This document shows positions 51,977-64,000 of a stretch of 64,000 nucleotides of DNA, in pieces. The DNA is taken from assembly GCF_001194135.2 (NCBI RefSeq), contig NC_068990.1:5162633-5226632 (forward strand), read 5' to 3'. Position numbers and translations under genes: made by a program. The notes under the pieces were generated by a model. It was given only the letters and a program-made list of their open reading frames with translations, ran no database searches and had not been told where the DNA came from. The DNA is from Octopus bimaculoides. Its lineage: Eukaryota. Position 1 is the first letter of the stretch, and the number at the start of each line of letters is the position of its first letter.

Positions 51977-52118
51977 TTAAAAAGCAGGAGAAATATCACA
52001 AGAACTGTTACACAGAGTTTCACATTCGTCAGACAGTTTTGTTTAAACAAAACTGTCTGAAGAACAGGAATGGAAAACTCTGAGTAACAATGTTTGTGAT
52101 ATTTCTGCTGCTTTTTAA
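51977..52118. ncRNA. 142-bp palindrome formed by two head-to-head hammerhead motifs
   Basis: Perfect 32-bp central palindrome at 52029-52060; minus arm AACUGU CUGACGA AUGU GAAAC UCUGU GUA ACAGUU; plus arm AACUGU CUGAAGA ACA GGAA UG GAAAAC UCUGAGUA ACAAU. Confidence 0.75.
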
Positions 52119-53204
52119 TAAAGTATATATATATATATGTATATATACTTAATTATATATATATAATATATATACTTAATTATANNNNNNNNNNATGTCA
52201 TAATTAAGGACAAACAGTAAAAGGTTGTCATTATAGTACTCGGTGTTTCAAATGTCAGAGCAAAGAGCTAAGATACATTCTCATTGGTTGTTAATAGTCA
52301 ACCCATGCCAGCATGGAAAACGGACGTTAAATGATGATGATGTGAGTATTTACGCATCTTTCTTCACTATCCAGAGATAAGTTGACAATCACTTCATGTT
52401 ACAATCACTTCATGTTACCAAACAATGTGAGTGAGCTGAGACAAACTGGAATCAGCTCATAGCTAATTATAAGAATATTGATAGAGCTCAGTACACAACC
52501 AATACTTCAGATTATCAAAGGCTTTGTGTCTCACTTAGCTAATGTTTAGATAGAGTCTACTTCATCTTTCTCTAAGTTAATAAAATAAGTGTTAGTAAAG
52601 TAATTACAGCATGAAAAACACCTATTAGCCGTTCAAAAAATGACAAAAATACTAACTTATTCAAACATTCATCATCTGGTGTCAACATTTTTATCACAAG
52701 AATTTCAACCTGATTTGAATGGCTAATATATCTTCCACACTGTTTCAAGATACAGTCTCAGATTAAATCACATGCCAGATGCGTATATCTCTGAAACCTT
52801 AGTAAAGTATTCAACATACTCTATCCGCTTAATATTAGGATTATCTAAAACAAAATATTTATCCATAAAAAGAACTTAACATATACATACCTATTTAAAA
52901 TAGGATTGCCTAAATCAGTAAGAGATCGAAATATTTATATCATAAATAAATTTTGCTGTGGTTATTATTGTTTCTACTATTAATTTCTAATAGAAGCATA
53001 AAACTACAGAAGGTCCTCATTAGCAATCAGATTTTTCTAGAGATACACATATTAGACATGGTCAAAAGTTTTGCTTACTTTGAGAGAAGTAATACTTATC
53101 AAATCTAAAGTTTTCCAGGGATGCTTTTGATCACAGGTCTGTTTTATTAGAGCAAACATTGAGATTAGCAACAATAATAACTATTAATATTTTGTTTGAT
53201 AAGA

Positions 53205-53415
53205 AGGTGTCAAGAATCATTAGCATGCCAGGCAAAACGGTTAGCAACATATCATCCATCTTTATGTTCTGAGTTTAAATTCCATTGAGGTCAACTTTGC
53301 CTTGCATCCTTTTGGGATCAATAAAATAAGTACCAATTGAACATTGAAGTTGATGTAATAGATTTAACTCCTCCCCCAAAATTGCTGGTTTTGTGCCCAA
53401 AATTTGAAACTAATG
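53205..53415 (+). mobile_element. SINE family B
   Basis: AGAATCATTAGCATGCCAGGCAAAACGG..CAACTTTGCCTTGCATCC..CCAAAATTTGAAAC. Confidence 0.75.
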
Positions 53416-54459
53416 TTTTGTCTGATAATCATAGACACAGATAATACCAATATATAACTGATGCATATTCAATTCATTGCAGATATATAGATTTACTGAA
53501 ATATTATTTTGAATTCAGATTATTAATATACCAAACAAGACACAGTAAAATATCTATTCAAACATTTTCTCATTCTGAACATCCTGCTGCATGGCATGAC
53601 TTAATGTTTCCTAAATGTTCCAGAAATTTAGTTGATAAAGGGCTATGGGAAGTTGTGATGCTCGTTAATTTCCCAAAGGCATCATCAGCTTAAACAACCC
53701 TTTTAATACTAAACTGTCCATATTAAAGTATTTATATTTAAGGTTCTGATTCGTTGCACTTTAAGTTTAATGTTTTGAGTGGGAAAGTGGATATATCCAC
53801 TCAAAATTTTATTGCCATTAACTGTGGAAAGTAGTTTAACCCCAGGGCTTTGAAAAAGAACAACAAAACAAATCTCAAGTAACACTTTTTACAAAAGACT
53901 GTTTTTCAGATTTTCTGAAATTTTTTCCCGTATTTCATCAAATATCTCTTTACTGAGCAAGAATAAAATAATTTTAGCAGTGGATATGAAAACCGTACCT
54001 ACAGGAGATCCTAAAAACATATTGCAGAAGCAAAGAATATCAATTCTATTTTTGGGTGGATAATTAGCACCATTATGGGAATGACTATGAAATTTAATTA
54101 TGCAGTCAGTGTTAAATCCCATCAAAGTTGACTTTGCTTTCATCCTTTCAGGATTAATGAAATAATCAAAAACGTACCAATCCCGAGTGGTGATTAGTGG
54201 AACTATCTAATAAACACTGGGTCAGATACCTTGCATTATTGGTTTTTACACTTGGTATTCTCAGTTCAAATCCTTCCATGGCTTATTTGAGTGGTAGACT
54301 TCCACTGTCGTCTAGGTTAATACTGTTACCTTACCCTTGAGTGCTTTTTAGTGGAACCCACTCTGATGCAAGCATTTGGGGCAGGTTTCCAGTTTAAACC
54401 AACATCCTCTATCCCAATGATCTCAGAGGCCCTGTAAAGAGTCATGAAGATTGTTTTCT

Positions 54460-54875
54460 CTTTTGTCTTTTACTTGTTTCAGTCATTGGACTGTGGCCAT
54501 GCTGGGGCACCACCTTGAAGCATTTAGTCAATTAAACTGACCCCCAATACTTATCTTTAAGCCTGATACTTATTCTATGAGACACTTTGGTCACTTTAGC
54601 TGAACCACTAGGTTACAGGGATGTAAACAAAACCAACAGTGGTTGTCAAGCAGTAGATGGGGGACAGACACACACAAAACAAACACATACGCAAACACAC
54701 ACATATGATGTACTATAATGACACAGTTTCCATCTAACAAATTCACTTGCAAGGCATTGGCTGGCCTGGGGCTATAATAGAGCACACTTGACTAAAGTGC
54801 TGTGCAGTGGGACTGAACCCGAAACCGTGTGTTTGCAAAATAAGCTTTTTAATCACACAACTACACCTGTGCCTT
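54460..54875 (-). mobile_element. SINE family A
   Basis: Full-length reverse copy. Confidence 0.85.
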
Positions 54876-55489
54876 TCTGAATAAAAAAATATTTAAAAAA
54901 AGTAAACTTTCAGCTGAGATTTGAGTTAGTCAAGAGTTAGTCAACACCAATATAATATAATGTTACAAAATGTTTTACTAAACCCTTCCAAAATCTTATT
55001 ATAAACGAAAATTAATGCAAACTTAGACAGTCTACTTGGAAGAATTATCAGGAAAGAAGTTAAATGAAGTGATTTGGCTTCAACTTGGAATTGCAACTAT
55101 ATAACATCTCCGTTTACTTAAATATATAAATGTCTGAATGTCTGACATGAGTTGTTGCTAAGAAGATTATAATTTGTTTTTGTTTGCTTTTTTTTTTTTG
55201 GACGGATTAATATTGATGAATGTTTCATCTCTATAGATGACGTTAATAGTCCAAAAAATTATAATCTTATTTCTGTGTACAGTACTGTAAGCTTACCTCT
55301 TTAAATCTACAACATTCTCTATACTTTATGATTTTGGTGAAGATGACAAATTTGTTTTGGAATGATGGTAGTCTCTCGTAGAGTCTGAGAAAGACAGTTC
55401 TGCAATTTCTTATGAACAACCTGCACAAATGATTTATTTATATTGATCAAATGTTTGCACAGTTCATTTGCTCTCCACCTCCATCAAAT

Positions 55490-55672
55490 TGCTATTGCCT
55501 GAGCAGGTGCATTGTGTACCACCTGTCATGTGTCAAAGTGATTGTAGAGCAACGTGAGATGAAGTGTTTTGCTCAAGAACATAATGCACCACCTGGCACC
55601 ATGATCTCAGAAATTGGCACCATGATCTCATGATCATGAGTGCAACACCCTAACCACCATGCCATGCACTCT
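55490..55672 (-). mobile_element. D-like SINE with an internal 21-bp duplication
   Basis: GAAGTGTTTTGCTCAAGAAC..; GGCACCATGATCTCA occurs twice, 21 bp apart. Confidence 0.65.
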
Positions 55673-55811
55673 TGCTGTGTGGTAATAGAGTATGGTTTAT
55701 TAACAGTAATAAATTAAGACTGCCATAAATATTAGAGAGGACTGTGATAAATGAAGGTATGCCACTTCACAGACCCATCCAAGCTTGTGGTAGAGTAGCA
55801 AAGTAGACACA

Positions 55812-56000
55812 ATGATGATGATGATGATGACAACAACAACTATAACAATGATGATGATGATGATGATAACGAAGACGCCAGTGGCAACAACGATGACGAC
55901 GACAAGGGTGTTAATAATTATAGTGGTGGTAATGGTGATGATGGGCATGATGGTGTTTTTTGTCATCATCAGAATCAAAATTATAATCATGATGATGATT
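55812..56000. repeat. Degenerate (GAT/GAC/CAA) trinucleotide tract
   Basis: Direct reading. Confidence 0.9.
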
Positions 56001-56777
56001 ATCATAGCACAAAACTTTCCAGTCGTAACATTTAAAATTACAATTTTCTTCATTTCCACTTGCTTTTGTTTATTGTTGAAATATTAAATGACTGAATCTT
56101 TAAATTAAATTACTGTCTTTTACAAAACATTATTTTTAGTTGCTTTTATATCCTCAGAGTTTCATTATCTTCTTGAAGAATGCTAAGATTAACTCACTGA
56201 CAGCAGTCATTTGCACAATAAAACTAGTTTCTCAATAAAATTTTACTGCTAAATGTGAATCAAAATATTGATGTATAAAAGAATTTTAATTTCTTTTAAT
56301 AATTCTTTGAATATTTCAATAAACCCAGAATTTGAAAATATTTTGTAGATAAATTTGAACACCAAAATCTCTTTTCCATTTTGGTATTACTGAAATAGAA
56401 AGTTCTGTCAGATGAATTATCAAAATCAGTAGAGCATTAAACAAAATATTTTGTGGTAATTGGTTAGAGCCCTTTATGTTCTGAGCTTAAATCCCACTAC
56501 AGTCAGTCAACTTTGTTTTTCCTGCTTCTGGAATTTATAAAATAGATGACCAGTCAAGTACTGAGGGCAACTTAATCAACTATACAATTGTCCAAAATTA
56601 ATGTTAGAAATTAATGTTGCTGTACAGCCCAAAATTACGGATTCACAGATTATTTCTATGTCATATTGCATGAAATTATTACATGGCTGTTTATATTGGG
56701 GGTGTTGAGTAGCACCAATGCAAACAGATATATGCTTCCCAAGCACAAACAAAACAAAGCAAAAAAAAACAGACAGA

Positions 56778-57390
56778 GGTATGGTTGTGTGGTAAGAAGC
56801 TTGCTTTAAGACGGTGAGCTGGCAGAAATGTTAGCACGCTGGGCGAAATGCTTAGCGGTATTTTGTCTGCCATTATGTTCTGAGTTCAAATTCTGCCGAA
56901 GTCGACTTTGCCTTTCATCCTTTCAGGGACGATAAATAAAGTACCAGTTATGCACTGGGGTCGATGGAATCAACTTAATCCCTTTGTCTGTCCTTGCTTG
57001 TCCCCTCTCTGCTTAGCCCCTTGTGGGCAAAAAAGAAATAAGAAATAAGAAGCTTGCTTCTCAACCACATGGTTCAGGGCTCAGGTCTACTGCATGGCAC
57101 CTTTAGCAAGTGTCTTATACTATAGCCACAGACCAATAAAAGCCTTGAGTGGATTTAGTTGATGGAAACTGAAAGAAGCCTGTCATATACATACATATCA
57201 ATGTGTGTGTGCCTTTGTGTCTGTGTTTGTGTTAACCTCCCCATAACCTAGCAGTTTGGCAAAAGTGACTGATGGAATATGTACCAGGCTTAAAAAAGTA
57301 CTGGGGGCAATTCATTCAATTAAAACTTCTTCAAGGCATTGCCCCAACATAGCCAGAGTCTAATAACTGAAACAAGTAAAAGATAAAAGA
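56778..57390 (+). mobile_element. SINE family A interrupted in its tRNA head by SINE family B (56807-57045)
   Basis: TAAGAAGCTTGCTT duplicated at 56793-56806 and 57046-57059. Confidence 0.92.
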
Positions 57391-58136
57391 TAAAAATACA
57401 AATGTTAAGGAAACGGGCATAAAAAGACTGACAAGACCAAGCAAGCAGACATACATAGAAAAGATGAAAAAGAGAGCAAAGGTAAGTAAGGTAAAATCAG
57501 CAACAACAACAGCAGGTCCCTGTGGTTGTTGTCTTAATCAGCATTGCTAGTCATACTCCCAAGTTGCCATAGTGAGGATGGTTGAAAAGCTCAGTCCATT
57601 TTTGGGACCAGAATTCAGTGTCAACTTCACTATCTTGGAAAATGAAGAGAACATGAATAGAAAACAGGGATGGCAAACTGTCAGAGTCAGTAAAGGGTAA
57701 GAAAATCTCTCCAAAATAAAAGCTTATCCCAAGTTAAAGCAAGCGGAATGTATAAAGAAGAGGCCCTTTTTCAGGGTATGTTTTGCATGTTGTGTAAAGC
57801 TAATGGAAAACCTCCAGTAAATTAATGAGAACGAACAGATTATTGGAGAGGTGAAAATAAGGTCAAATACATTCAAGAGACATTTGAACAATAGAGATTG
57901 ATGAAAGCCACAGTATTTAACCATGGTAACCTAAAGCTAACCTATCTAGTGAACTTGAAACAGTTCATGCCATGTCCAACCAAAATATCTCATAGGCATC
58001 TTTCGGTGCCCTAAGTTTCAATATGATGAATGTCATGTAATGGGAGAAAAGGCAAACAAACTGTAAGGAGAGACTAATTCCTATCATGTCACATTCAAAT
58101 TTATAGTCCTCTACTCAAAAAAGAACAGACAAAATT

Positions 58137-58152
58137 ATTATTATTATTATTA

Positions 58153-58193
<41 letters not shown>

Positions 58194-58211
58194 GTTATTA
58201 TTATTATTATT
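58137..58211. repeat. (ATT)n microsatellite; second tract at 58648-58730
   Basis: Direct reading. Confidence 0.95.
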
Positions 58212-58600
58212 CATCTTTTATCCTTTACTTGTTTCAGTCACAAGACTTTGATCAGGCTGGGGCACTACCTTGAAGAATTTTCGGTTGAAGGAATCAACTC
58301 CAGTTCTTCTTATCTTTTTAAAGTCTACTACTTATACTATTGATCACTTTTGCCGAACCACTAAGTTACAGGGATGTAAGCACACGAATGCCAGCTATCA
58401 AGCAGTGGTGATGGATAAACACAGACACAAACACACAGCCACAAACACACATACACATACATAGGATGGGCTTCTTTCTGCTTCCATCTACCAAACCTAC
58501 TCAGACGTCTTTAGTCAACCTGTAGCTATAGTAGAAGACACTTGCCCAAGGTGCCAAGCAATGGGATTGAACCCAGAACCATGTGGTTAAGAAGTAAACT
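58212..58600 (-). mobile_element. SINE family A
   Basis: Core GAAGACACTTGCCCAAGG and 3' blocks. Confidence 0.8.
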
Positions 58601-58648
58601 GGCACAATAATTAACATGTGAGACAAAATACTTAGTCCCTATGACCTC

Positions 58649-58726
<78 letters not shown>

Positions 58727-58736
58727 CATCATTGTT

Positions 58737-59190
58737 AAGGCAGCGAGCTGGCAGAATTGTTAGCACGCTGGGCAAAATACTCAATGGCATTTCGTCTATC
58801 TTCCCATTCTGAATTCAAATTCCCCTGAGTTCAACTTTGCTTTTCATCCTTTCAGGGTTGATAAAGGAAGTACCAGTCTAGCACTGGGGTTGATGTGATC
58901 AACTATCCCCCTCCCCACAAATTCCAAGCCTTTTGCCTTATAGTAGAAAGGATTATTATTATTATCATTGTTAAGGTATCAAGCTGGCAGAATCATTAGC
59001 ACACTGGGCAAAATGCTTAACGCTTTATTTGTCTTAATGCTCCAAGTTCAAATTCCACCAAGGTCAATCTTGCCTTTCATCCTTTTGGGGTTGATAAAAT
59101 AAGTACCAGTTGAGCACTGGGGTCGATATAATTGACTTACTCGCTTCCCCAAACTTAGTGGCCTTGTGCCAAAATTTGAAACCGTTATTT
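58737..59190 (+). mobile_element. Two tandem SINE family B copies joined by (ATT)n
   Basis: Heads AGCTGGCAGAAT at ~58746 and ~58982. Confidence 0.85.
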
Positions 59191-60199
59191 CTAATTGTTA
59201 GCGTACATTGTTAGTGTAGTGGATAACACATCTGTAGATATTTGATTAAATTTTTTAGTGTATTTAGTTAAGTCACTTGAGACTCACAGTTCAAATCTTG
59301 CTTGGTATGGTTGTACCATTAGCTGTCCATGGTTGATAGACTGAAGTACCAGTAAAGTACTGAGTTTGATTTCAATGGCTCTTCACTCCCATAATAACTG
59401 TAGTCTACGTGAAAAGCATGCTGCATTTAGTTATATCCCTTTACATTCTAAGTTAGAATCTTGTATGGGTTGACTTTTCATTTCACTTCTTCATCTTTGA
59501 TAAAATAATTACCAGTCATGTTCAACCAAATAGCATATACCATCACTCGATAAATTTATGGCCTTTTGCCAATGTAAGAAATTATTATTATGATGATTAC
59601 TATTATTATTATTTGACCAGCAGCACTTCTTACAAGTTCCTGGATCAATAGTGATTTTTATACATCTGCAAAATACAGACATGATAAAAAAAAAGAAAGA
59701 AAACCTGCATTATTAAAGATATTGCAACAATTTATTTTGAAAGATATCAAGTGTAATAGATGGAAACTTTACAAGCTGTTTACAACCAGTGTCTTTTGAC
59801 TAAATGGCAGCCACCCAAGGCCAAGAAATGTTAACAATAGTTATTGTTGAAAAGGCTGGCAGTCACTGAAAGTCATAAAGGTATGTTAGAAGATGAAGTA
59901 ATGCGAACTTTGAGAAAGAACTAAAATGAACAACAAAACGAAAATGTTTGAAGCAGATGAAAGAATGCAACAGCAAAAATAAGAAATCTTGACACTGCAT
60001 CACAATAGCAGCAAATATCTGATAATGTCATGGATCCAGCTCTTTCCTTGGAGGTGGGGGGGGCGGGAATACCATTATTCAGATTTGTTGCAAAGTCAAT
60101 GATGTTATATGATGAAATCAAGGCAGTCATCTCAGGATACAGGAGATGACGAAGTATGAACAAACATGTAAGTATTTTGTAGGGGCAAAAAGATGACAT

Positions 60200-60556
60200 T
60201 GTCGTCGTCGTCGTCGTCGTCGTTTAACGTCCGCTTTCCATGCTAGCATGGGTTGGACGATTTGACTGAGGACTGGTGAAACCAGATGGCTACACCAGGC
60301 TCCAATCTGACTTGGCAGTGTTTCTACAGCTGGATGCCCTTCCTAACGCCAACCACTCAGAGAGTGTAGTGGGTGCTTTTATGTGTCACCCACACGAAGG
60401 CCAGTCAGGCGGTACTGGCAACGGCCACGCTCATCTCGCTCGAGAAACCTCATGTGTCACCCGCACAAGAGCCAGTCCAGGGGCACCAGCAACGATCTCG
60501 CTCGAAAATCCTACAACAACCCCACACAAGAGCCATTTCAGGGGCACCGGCGTTTA
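60200..60556 (-). mobile_element. Same retroposon family, with a (GAC)n tail variant
   Basis: (GTC)n tract plus reverse complement of the 20698-21078 family with rearranged units. Confidence 0.88.
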
Positions 60557-62494
60557 AGGAATGTAGTTGGTACAATAAAGAAGGCAAAGGAAATGGTTAG
60601 AATCAGGAAATACATTGTGAAATTATCATGCATGTTCTAGAATTTGGCAAGAATCAGAATCATCAATTTCTATGGAACTTCTTGTATAATACCATTCACA
60701 TCTTGAATGCTTTTCTGTTAAACCTTTGAGACTGTCTTTAGTCCTAACTCCCTCATTGTCAGGTTTTTGTAGCAAGGTCATACTTGATTAAGTATCTGCT
60801 GGTGCTTTTGCTACATATGTTGTTTGACAGGATTAATAAAATATAGGACCTTGATCTTGTTGAGGTCAACACTTGATCCTTTGATCCTTTCAGAGCAATA
60901 GTTATTCATCCTCATTTCTTCTTAAACAAACATCAGCTGTGCTCTACTAAAAATGTTGATAACGTTTGCTTTGTTTTTTGAAATAAGGTGCCAGGATCCC
61001 ATAGTTAATGTAGAATTTACAGACATCACAAAAGAAAAGGAAAATGAAATGTAAAATCATCTACTTCGCTGAAAGAGAAGATTAAAGAAATTCCATGTTC
61101 AACATAATTGTTTGTTAAACTCCTATCAAAGATCCTAGTTATGTCGAGTAGTCAATGATTTTCAAATATGTAAGTGAATTAGATCTATATATACTGTTCA
61201 TGAGCTATTCTATAAAAGAAAAAATATAAAATGTCACCAATTTCAGATGATAATGAAGTAAAAATCTCAACATCTAGGTTACTCAGTTATGTTAAACTAT
61301 CAAGGAATCGAGATAATAAGGATGTCCATATATAATTATTCAACTTGCTCCAATTAATAACTGAATCTCTTTAAATAATAGTATATAAGTTAAAATAAGG
61401 AAAGCACGCAATGGATTATACTACCCTAGATAGGCAATGCTGTGAAAAAGATGAGCTGACCATGGTTCAAATACCTTTGGTTATAGGCCTGCTGACCTGC
61501 TGCAAAACAACAATTATCAAAATCATGAGAATAAACAACAGAACATCTCTGAAAGGAAGTGAATACTGTGCATATGGTTCATTAATCTATTATGCTTTTT
61601 CTTCCCCTGTAAATATGTACTTTTATATCAATGTAAGAAATCATAATGATAAAAGAATTTACTGGAACTATGCAAACATTGAAGTTTTTAAATTTAAAAA
61701 GAAGTTTCCTGAAAAATGTGGTAAGTTTGTGTTGGTACATTGCCACTGACCTATAGAGGTTGTGGATAACAAACTGAATTGATCACAGTACACCACGGTA
61801 CTTATCTGATAAATTTTCCAAGGATAATGTTCAGAAATTTCAGAGTTTCTCTGTTAACTAGTTTGAGCCAATGTCACTAAAACTAGTTGCATTTTGGTTG
61901 GTAAATGTAAGCTACAACTTGGTCTAAAACAACCTCCTGGCCCATGGGTAGCTTTAGCCAAATCTATTCTGGTGCAAACAATTAAATTATGTCTCCACAC
62001 TGGTCAGAAGATAATTTGATATCTTCACATGCCGCTTCCTGCTGCAGGTCTTTGATGAGTTACAGTTTTTTTTTTGTCTGCTGCCAATCTAGAGAAGACC
62101 TTGAAAAACATATCATGGACACTGCTTTCCACTTCTGACTATACCATAAAATATAACTGTTGTACAATTGTAGAAATAGGTTATAAAAACTAAACTAAGA
62201 GATAACTAGAATGAAGAGCTTTCATTATTAATGATGCATGTTATGACATAAAGATATAATAAAAAAAAAAGTAATCAATACTACAGTGTATCTTCATATT
62301 TCTAATGGCTGCAATAAGTCTATCATAAAGTAAACTTGAAGGAAAAAGATATATTTGCTGAATCATTAATAATGTTCTTGAAAATTGTCAACGATGTACT
62401 AGAAAAATGGCACAGCATTTTATCTGGCATAACATATGTAAAAAAGAGGTGTTTATCATAGGTTCAATGTAGAAGAGAAACACAAGTAGTTCTC

Positions 62495-62542
<48 letters not shown>

Positions 62543-62920
62543 CACACACATACACACACACATAGTGGCACCATTTTATTTAAGCATGCTAGTATACTAG
62601 GGACATTTTTTATATGTTCAAGTTATAAATTGTGAATAAAGATGTATATCATCAAAATAAAAAAAATTTCGCGAGCTTTAATATGGTAAGCAACTTTACA
62701 GTGTAACATCAACATATTAATTTTAGATTAAAAATAAACTTTATTTTGCGTAATTTACGTCACCATTAAATTTAAAACGATTTGCAAAATTTCATTTGTT
62801 TTGCCTTATTGACTAATATAAAGGTAGGATAATTTGCATGCTGTTACAATTTTTAAGTTACTTAATAGTTGCAATGAGTAAGAGACAAAACTTAATACCA
62901 GAAACCAGAGTGAGGATCAC

Positions 62921-63695
62921 ATTTATTGCATCTCCTGTTTTTTCTGCCCTTCTCTGTACATGGGTCAAATGGTACTCCGCTTGTCTGACCGGTTTGTGGA
63001 ACACCTCTGAGACATTAGACTTGCCAACGACACCCTGGTCTCATGCCATTTCCACTCTACCAGTCATTCATTACAACACCACCTGTCCGTGTTTGGATTG
63101 TCTTTGCACAGGGGCCATCCAGACTTCTGCCTTCACTGTGAACAGGAATTAGTCTTCTCTCTTTGCTCCTTTGCACCACATAGGCTCAACTCTCCTCCCC
63201 TCTTCATTTGACTCCCCTCCTCTCTTCATCTGACACCTACTTCCTCTCTTCACCCCTACTCACTTCTCCTCTCTTGCCCTGACACCTACCACACCACCCC
63301 GCACTGATCACTTTCCTGTACCCACACCATCATCTACACACCGACACACACTGACACATGTACACTTACCACATCAATGTCACCAGCCCCTATCCACACA
63401 CACACTCTCACATACAGACGCACACGCACCTTCGTTTTGGGATCACCAATACTTTATTATCTCCCCTTCTTCCTAGTTCTCTTGTCTAACTACTTCTGTC
63501 CAGCCGGCCGCCATGGTTGACCACTAGCCCCTAAAAATTTTTATTCCTTCTCTGTTTATTTCCTTGTGTTCATTTCTGTCGAAGAGTGTAGGCTTGAAAT
63601 GTAAAAAACTTTCTCACCTTCCCAAGTGTTAAACTAATACACCTATTTGTTATTTATACAACTGTCTTTGTCTTTTGTTTTCTGTAAATTCCAAC
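62921..63695 (+). mobile_element. Penelope-like element 3' part: GIY-YIG endonuclease relic, pyrimidine tract, pLTR-like module
   Basis: IYCISCFFCPSLYMGQMVLRLSDRFVEHL*DIRLANDTLVSCHFHS..EQELVFSLCSFAPHRLN (stop at 63008-63010); module contains TTT CTGTCGA A GAGT GTAG GCTT GAAAT GTA AAA at 63573-63606; ends at (TA)n. Confidence 0.85.
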
Positions 63696-64000
63696 CATAC
63701 ATATATATACATATACATATATATATATATATATACATACATTGGCTTTCGCCAAGTAACGCACGCCACCACTTTGTCTCTCTCGGTTCCGTGCCTCATC
63801 GCGTTCATACACACGCCGGTGTTAAAACGTGGGTAGCTGATGAAGTAGAATGTTCGCTATGTGGCTCGTGTGTTCTCGTCTACGTTTGTTTGCAATGTCC
63901 TGTACCCAGATATGCACCTATACATACAGGTGGATGTCGGTATGCACATACCTGTACGTATATATGCATATACTCATTTACTTTTGTTTTTACATGATTG

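Overview
AT-rich eukaryotic non-coding DNA (intronic or intergenic) with eight N-gaps, most of them flanked by microsatellites. The repeat set (several tRNA-derived SINE families with internal (TA)/(CA) tracts, an (ATG)n-tailed repeat, RTE/R4 LINE relics, mariner relics and MITEs, Penelope-like fragments) points to an octopus genome; this is my recognition, not a database result. I found no host protein-coding gene I can support, and nearly all listed ORFs are microsatellite, gap or TE artefacts. Main result of the hunt: nine hammerhead-ribozyme-like motifs of about five sequence families. All have type-I topology and a very short self-complementary stem III. Two sit in modules next to Penelope GIY-YIG endonuclease fragments and a third belongs to the same family. 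Four form two head-to-head palindromic pairs (42533-42686, 51977-52118) that share the stem III ACUCUGAGU. Every copy has at least one deviation from the canonical core or stem II, so activity is untested. A second structured-RNA candidate is the tandem hairpin+pseudoknot unit of the (ATG)n-tailed repeat. SINE family letters A/B/D are my own labels, and most TE boundaries are approximate (about +/-20 bp).
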